Shown: positions 26,717 to 32,000 of the stretch, one piece after another
Layout: every line of letters starts with the position of its first letter
Numbering within the stretch: position 1 is the first letter of the stretch
Origin: Gelidibacter japonicus
Lineage (GTDB): Bacteria; Bacteroidota; Bacteroidia; Flavobacteriales; Flavobacteriaceae
Assembly (NCBI RefSeq): GCF_010725055.1
Contig: NZ_BJKB01000002.1
Coordinates: 463,405 to 495,404, forward strand
DNA length: 32,000 nt
Direction: 5' to 3'
The notes under the pieces: model-generated
The model's database searches: none
Told to the model about the DNA's origin: nothing
Seen by the model: only the letters and a program-made list of their open reading frames with translations
Translations under genes and position numbers: made by a program

Positions 26717-29700
26717 ATGAAAAAAAAACAATCAAAAAATCAAATTCACTCTTATAAAAGTCTGTTTTTATTACTTTTTGTATTTGTGTCTTTTGGATTT
26801 ATGACCAACACGCATGCTCAAGGCATCTTGGTGAAAGGAACAATTACAGATAATTCTGGAATACCCGTTCCAGGAGCAACGGTTATGGTAAAAAGCGATC
26901 CATCTGTTGGGACACAGTCTGACTTTGACGGAAATTATTCTCTTGAAGTACCAAACAACCAAACCATATTGGTTTTTAGTTACTTGGGTTTTGCAACTAA
27001 AGAAATTATGGTAGGCTCCCAAACAACCATTAACGTGTCATTACAAGAAAGTGCTGAAGATTTGGATGAAATCGTTATTGTTGGATATGGTACCCAAAAG
27101 AAAAGTGATGTCACTGGAGCCATAAGCTCTGTCAAAAGTGAAGACCTCACAAAAGTGGTGACCACAAATCCTGTAGACGCACTCCAAGGTAGGGTTTCTG
27201 GTGTTACGGTAACCTCTTCTTCTGGAAGTCCTGGTTCTACATCAGATATCACCATTAGAGGCATTGGAAGTTTTGGGAACAATCAACCGCTTTATATTGT
27301 TGACGGTGTACAAGCTGACCCGTATTTTTTAAATGCCAATGATATTGAGTCCATTGAAGTTTTAAAAGACGCGGCTTCTGGTGCTATTTACGGAACACGA
27401 GCAGCTAATGGCGTCATTATCATTACCACAAAAAAGGGTAAAGCTGGCAAAACAAAGATCGAGATAGAAAGTTCTTTAAGCTCCAATACAGCTAGAGAGG
27501 CCATGAAGTTACTTGATGCCGATGGATACGTTTCCGTACATAGACAAATGTATGAGAATGCAGGTGCTAGTCTACCGCAATATGTTCAAAACCCACCCAA
27601 TGTGAATACCAATTGGATTGATGAAACCCACAGAACCGGTCAATTAAACCTATTGAATGTTCGCGTAAGTGGTGCCTCTGACAATATCAATTATAGCGTA
27701 GCTGGAAGTTACGCTGATGAAAAGGGGATTTTAATCGGTTCTGGATTTACCAAAAAAGGCATCAATGCCAACCTTTCATCCACGAAAGGGAAATTAAAAA
27801 TTAACACGAGTTTAAATTACAGTGAAACAAATCAAGAGGATTATAAATTCTCACTTAGGGAAACCTATTTCATATCACCCTTGATTCCTGTTTTAGATCC
27901 GTCTAAACCATCAGGTTATGGCTATAGAAGTGGCGATCTACCTGACCATCGAAATCCAGTTGGTGAAGCTGCTATTATTGATGGCTACACCAAGATGAAG
28001 TATTTCTTAGGAAATGTAGGTTTTACATATGAAATTATTGAAGGGCTTAATGCCAACGCAAACTTTTCCTTAGCCAACAGAGATAATTACACTTATGCTT
28101 TCCATCCGCCATTTCAGGTAAGGGATATTGATGACAATCCACAGAATGAATACGCCTTTGTTTCTGAGTACAACAGTGAATTCAGAAGGTTAAATCAAGA
28201 GTACACGCTCAATTACCAGTTTGATCTAGGTAAGCACTCGGTTAATTTATTGGCGGGATATCAACGAATCTCTGAACCATTTAAGGAAACCTACGTCCAA
28301 GCCGAAGGTTATAAGTTTGATGAGAATGGCGATAAAATCCCAGCTACAATATTAGATCCAAGTTTCAACACTATGAATGCCTTTGGCGACGGCACTTATT
28401 CGGCCGAAGGAACAAACGCAGAATATGCATTGGTATCTCAATTTGGAAGGGTTAATTACGCCTACAATGATCGCTACTTATTTCAAGCGAGTGTCCGAAG
28501 GGATGGTAGCTCAAAATTTGGGAAGAACAATCAATATGGTGTTTTCCCTTCTGTGGCCGCCGGGTGGAAGATAACAGATGAAGATTTTATGAAGAATCAA
28601 AATATCTTCAACTTCCTAAAATTACGCTTCAGCTGGGGGCAAGCAGGTAATGATAGTGCTTTGGGATATTACGATTATATCGCCCTTATCTCTCAAGGAA
28701 AAGACCGAAGTAATGGAGGTTATGTATTTGGAAATCCACAAACCTCATATTTAGGAAGTATCGCGCGCGATTTGCAGAATGATGACCTACAATGGGAAAC
28801 CAACACCTCATCAAACTTCGGAATCGACTTTGCCTCCTTGGGCAATAAGTTAAAAGGGGCCATCAACTATTATAGCACAACTACTCAAGATTTACTCATT
28901 ACAAAAGAGGTTTCCCCATCAAGCGGGGTCAACAATCCGATTGTAAACGTTGGAGAATTTGAAAATAAAGGATTGGAATTAGAGCTGGGCTATGTCAATA
29001 AAGATGGTGAATTTGGTTACTCAGCTTTTGGAACCTTTACCACCATTAACAGCGAAGTAACAAAACTCAGTAACGCCAATCAAAAATTATATGGGATTGG
29101 TTTATTGTTTGGATCGGATCATTTTGTGAACCAAACCCAAGTAGGTTATGAGCCTGGAGCCTATTTTTTACCTGTAGCCGATGGGATCTTCCAATCACAG
29201 GCCGAAATTGATGCTCACGGTGCGCAACCAAATGCCTCTCCTGGAGACATCAGGTTTGTAGATCAAAATGGTGATGGTGTAATAGATTCAAAAGACGAAA
29301 CCTATCAAGGCACGGCAATTCCTAAATACGAATACAGTTTGAGTCTTTCAGCCGATTACAAAAAATTTGACTTCAATATATTCTTCCAAGGTGTTGGAGG
29401 CAACAAAATATACAATGGCAACGATTTTAGATTGTTAAGCTTGGATACGGGAAGGAATTTTAGAGCTGAAGCGGAGAATGCATGGACGCCTTCCAACACC
29501 AACACCAACATTCCAAGAGCGGTATTGGGCGACCCTAACAGAAACAGTAGGGCCTCAACGAGATTTTTAGAAAAAGGCGATTATTTAAGAATCAAGACCA
29601 TTCAGATTGGGTATTCATTACCGACCAATATTCTGGAAACTTTAGAGTTGGATAAATTGAGAGTTTACCTTACCGGACAGGACTTATTTACATTCACCAA

Positions 29701-29812
29701 ATATAGTGGCCTAGACCCTGAAGTTGGAGGAAGCGTATTGTCAAGAGGTATTGATATTAATTTATATCCGAAATATAAATCGATAATTTTTGGAGTACAA
29801 TTAGCATTTTAA
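26717..29812 (+). CDS. SusC-type TonB-dependent receptor (no STN domain)
   Basis: 1031 aa with a signal peptide, CarboxypepD_reg-like domain (VKGTITDNSGIPVPGATVMVKS), TonB box and plug (DEIVIVGYGTQKKSDVTGAISSV; IESIEVLKDAASGAIYGTRAANGVIIITTKKG) and a C-terminal barrel ending FGVQLAF. Confidence 0.93.
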   Translation: MKKKQSKNQIHSYKSLFLLLFVFVSFGFMTNTHAQGILVKGTITDNSGIPVPGATVMVKSDPSVGTQSDFDGNYSLEVPNNQTILVFSYLGFATKEIMVGSQTTINVSLQESAEDLDEIVIVGYGTQKKSDVTGAISSVKSEDLTKVVTTNPVDALQGRVSGVTVTSSSGSPGSTSDITIRGIGSFGNNQPLYIVDGVQADPYFLNANDIESIEVLKDAASGAIYGTRAANGVIIITTKKGKAGKTKIEIESSLSSNTAREAMKLLDADGYVSVHRQMYENAGASLPQYVQNPPNVNTNWIDETHRTGQLNLLNVRVSGASDNINYSVAGSYADEKGILIGSGFTKKGINANLSSTKGKLKINTSLNYSETNQEDYKFSLRETYFISPLIPVLDPSKPSGYGYRSGDLPDHRNPVGEAAIIDGYTKMKYFLGNVGFTYEIIEGLNANANFSLANRDNYTYAFHPPFQVRDIDDNPQNEYAFVSEYNSEFRRLNQEYTLNYQFDLGKHSVNLLAGYQRISEPFKETYVQAEGYKFDENGDKIPATILDPSFNTMNAFGDGTYSAEGTNAEYALVSQFGRVNYAYNDRYLFQASVRRDGSSKFGKNNQYGVFPSVAAGWKITDEDFMKNQNIFNFLKLRFSWGQAGNDSALGYYDYIALISQGKDRSNGGYVFGNPQTSYLGSIARDLQNDDLQWETNTSSNFGIDFASLGNKLKGAINYYSTTTQDLLITKEVSPSSGVNNPIVNVGEFENKGLELELGYVNKDGEFGYSAFGTFTTINSEVTKLSNANQKLYGIGLLFGSDHFVNQTQVGYEPGAYFLPVADGIFQSQAEIDAHGAQPNASPGDIRFVDQNGDGVIDSKDETYQGTAIPKYEYSLSLSADYKKFDFNIFFQGVGGNKIYNGNDFRLLSLDTGRNFRAEAENAWTPSNTNTNIPRAVLGDPNRNSRASTRFLEKGDYLRIKTIQIGYSLPTNILETLELDKLRVYLTGQDLFTFTKYSGLDPEVGGSVLSRGIDINLYPKYKSIIFGVQLAF

Positions 29813-29832
29813 AAATTACAAAACATAATAAA

Positions 29833-31377
29833 ATGAAAAACGTATATAAAATAGTTCTAGTTGCTTTAATAATAACAACTACAACATCATGTAATGACGA
29901 TGATTTCTTAGAACAAACATCCGTAGACCAATTAACCTCTGCCAGTTTTTGGAGAAATGCCGAAGATGCGCAGTCCGGTTTAGTAGCGGCCTATTCAGAA
30001 TTGGAATCGAGAAGCAATTTCTGGGATGGATGGCAGGAAGGACGTCCAGTGGTTGAATATTTCAGATCTGATTATGCCCTACCTGGACCGGATGCAAGCA
30101 ACTACGCACATTGGATGTCCATTTATAATTTCACTTACACCAATGGCCATACTTTTATAGATGTGATATGGACCACAAACTATAAAGGATTAAATTTTGC
30201 CAATCAAGTGATTACCAAAGTTGGAGAAATGACCTCTGACAAGATATCGGAGGCGGAGAAAAAGCAAATAATTGGAGAAGCTACTTTTTTAAGAGGCTAT
30301 TACCACTTTAAATTATTGACGCTTTATGAGCAAATTATCTTAAGGACTGAGTTAATCTCCAACGAAACCTTAGACAAGCCGCTATCCACTCGTCCAGAGG
30401 CATGGGAAGTGATTATCAACGACTTCAAACAAGCTGCTGAGATGTTACAAACAGTGGACAATACCGAGCCTGGAAGAGCCACAAAAGGAGCCGCCTTAGC
30501 CTATTTGGGTAAAGCCTATATGTATAAAGCTGGTGATCCTTCTTCATCTGAAGCCTCCGACTTTGAAAATGCAGCACTGGCGTTTAAGCCAATTGTTGAA
30601 GGCGCAGCAGGTTCCTATGCCTTAGAGTCCGATTTTTCAAGCTTGTTTAATGGCGAAAATGAAAATAATAAAGAATCCATCTTTGAACTGCAGTTTAAAA
30701 CCGCAGATGCCACGTCGAATAACTCAACAAGACTACATGCTTTTGTAGGCGATTGGTCGATAGGTGGCTGGGGTGGTATTGCTGCCACCATGGACATTGT
30801 TAACGAAATGAAAAGTGAAGGCATGATTGCCAGCAACGGCCTGTATGACAATAGACTTTACGGTTCGCTCTATTTTAGAGATCCGTTCTATAATGACCCT
30901 AACACCAACCAAATGCAGGGAAGTACATGGGACGAGCTAATGATGGAAACTTATGAAAACACAAATGATAATGCCGTTTATTTTAGAAAATGGTTACCTA
31001 ATTATGTTTGGAACAATAGCTATGTTGGTGTTAATGTGGTATTGATGCGATATGCTGATGTGTTACTGATGTATGCTGAGGCGTTGAACGAAACCGGTGC
31101 TACACCTCAGGCCATTGATTTTATAAATAACGTAAGGGCAGTACATGGCCATATGCCTCCAATAACAGTAACTTCTCAGGCTGATGTCAAAAAACAAATT
31201 ATCCATGAACGAACCATGGAATTGACCTTAGAATCTGTACGGTTTTTTGATTTACGACGATGGAATATGTTAGACCAAGCCATGCAGGCAGCCGGTAGAA
31301 GTAATTTTAGTGCGGCATCTCACGCTTATTTGCCAATACCATTATCAGAGATTAACTCCAACTCTGCCATTAATTAA
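29833..31377 (+). CDS. RagB/SusD-family nutrient-binding lipoprotein
   Basis: 514 aa. The lipobox is followed by an acidic stretch (TTTSCNDDDFLEQ) resembling the Bacteroidota surface-lipoprotein export signal. SusD-like helical core (VLLMYAEALNETG, RFFDLRRW). It starts 20 nt downstream of SusC. Confidence 0.92.
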   Translation: MKNVYKIVLVALIITTTTSCNDDDFLEQTSVDQLTSASFWRNAEDAQSGLVAAYSELESRSNFWDGWQEGRPVVEYFRSDYALPGPDASNYAHWMSIYNFTYTNGHTFIDVIWTTNYKGLNFANQVITKVGEMTSDKISEAEKKQIIGEATFLRGYYHFKLLTLYEQIILRTELISNETLDKPLSTRPEAWEVIINDFKQAAEMLQTVDNTEPGRATKGAALAYLGKAYMYKAGDPSSSEASDFENAALAFKPIVEGAAGSYALESDFSSLFNGENENNKESIFELQFKTADATSNNSTRLHAFVGDWSIGGWGGIAATMDIVNEMKSEGMIASNGLYDNRLYGSLYFRDPFYNDPNTNQMQGSTWDELMMETYENTNDNAVYFRKWLPNYVWNNSYVGVNVVLMRYADVLLMYAEALNETGATPQAIDFINNVRAVHGHMPPITVTSQADVKKQIIHERTMELTLESVRFFDLRRWNMLDQAMQAAGRSNFSAASHAYLPIPLSEINSNSAIN

Positions 31378-31405
31378 ATAGTTTAGTTTAATTTGATTTA
31401 TTCAG

Positions 31406-31443
31406 AAAGAGCTGTCATTTTGTTGATGACAGCTCTTTTTATT
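31406..31443 (+). terminator. Rho-independent terminator after the SusD-like gene
   Basis: A 13-bp perfect stem AAAGAGCTGTCAT (31406-31418) pairs with ATGACAGCTCTTT (31426-31438) across a 7-nt loop, followed by a T run. It sits between the convergent SusD-like and MarC-like genes and may act in both directions. Confidence 0.8.
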
Positions 31444-31474
31444 CAATATTCTTTGAATCAAACGATAGCACGAG

Positions 31475-32000
31475 TTATGACAATAAATTAAATGAAAGTT
31501 TAACCCCTTCTATGATCATCCCAGTTCCAATAATCGCAATGATCAATCCCATTATTTTTCCAATTACTGAAATCACATTATATCCAACAACTTTAACAAT
31601 ATACTTACTAAGTCTAAAAGTTATATAAGTCAATAAACTCATCGATCCAAAAATGGCAATGACTAAAAACACCTGGAATGGTGTCACATTGGCAACAAAG
31701 TTCATAGCGGTAACAATTGTTCCTGGCCCGGCCAAAATAGGAATGGCCAATGGTGAGACCGCAATATTCTCATCAATATGGACATCCTTAATGTTCTTTA
31801 CATTCGATTTTTTTGATTGCAGCATTTCAAAACCAATGTAAAATATTAGGATTCCTCCAGTAATCTTAAATGCAGGAATACTAATATTAAACAATTCGAA
31901 AATATATTTCCCCAACAGGACAAAAACGACGACAATGATAAAAGCAATAATATTTGCCCTCTTGTTGATATCCCGTTTTGTTCTTTCATCAGCACCTTGG
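31475..32000 (-). CDS. MarC-family (UPF0056) integral membrane protein, partial; N-terminus lies beyond the right window edge
   Basis: The track ORF 31475..31915 begins at an internal TTG. The frame stays open to the window end, and my manual translation upstream gives ...QGADERTKRDINKRANIIAFIIVVVFVLLGKYIFELF. It is polytopic with MarC-like motifs (ITGGILIFYIGFEML, SPLAIPILAGPGTI). Confidence 0.75.
   Translation of the reverse strand, partial: QGADERTKRDINKRANIIAFIIVVVFVLLGKYIFELFNISIPAFKITGGILIFYIGFEMLQSKKSNVKNIKDVHIDENIAVSPLAIPILAGPGTIVTAMNFVANVTPFQVFLVIAIFGSMSLLTYITFRLSKYIVKVVGYNVISVIGKIMGLIIAIIGTGMIIEGVKLSFNLLS

Overview
AT-rich (by eye, under 40% GC) chromosomal segment with the hallmarks of a Bacteroidota, probably Flavobacteriia, genome: two SusC/SusD pairs, lipoprotein signal peptides ending in Cys, and TAnnTTTG-type promoter boxes. 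No rRNA, tRNA, CRISPR array, transposase, integrase or recognisable phage or defence gene was found. Layout, left to right: (1) minus-strand locus 1-7162 with ECF sigma factor, FecR-like anti-sigma, SusC-type TonB-dependent transducer with an N-terminal STN signalling domain, SusD-like lipoprotein, and a CxxC thioredoxin-fold lipoprotein running off the left edge. (2) Minus-strand tripartite RND efflux operon 7269-12732 (adaptor, RND pump, TolC-like channel). (3) A 605-aa BtuB/CirA-sized TonB-dependent receptor 13061-14878. (4) A divergent TauE/SafE permease and Lrp/AsnC regulator pair 14930-16201. (5) A polysaccharide-utilisation-like locus 16243-31377 with two divergent arms. Its minus arm encodes a YgjK-like GH63 glycosidase, a 1008-aa three-domain fusion (hydroxylysine-kinase-like APH domain, M23 metallopeptidase domain, AGXT2L-type PLP phospho-lyase domain) and a LacZ-type GH2 beta-galactosidase. 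Its plus arm encodes a TPR/transmembrane/LuxR-HTH one-component regulator and a second SusC/SusD pair. (6) A MarC-family membrane protein running off the right edge. Main hypothesis: the minus arm holds the four activities needed to dismantle glucosyl-galactosyl-hydroxylysine, the collagen-type glycosylated amino acid. A near-identical 21-22 bp direct-repeat element sits upstream of both arms in the orientation of transcription and is a candidate shared operator. All family assignments come from reading motifs in the translations; no database search was possible.
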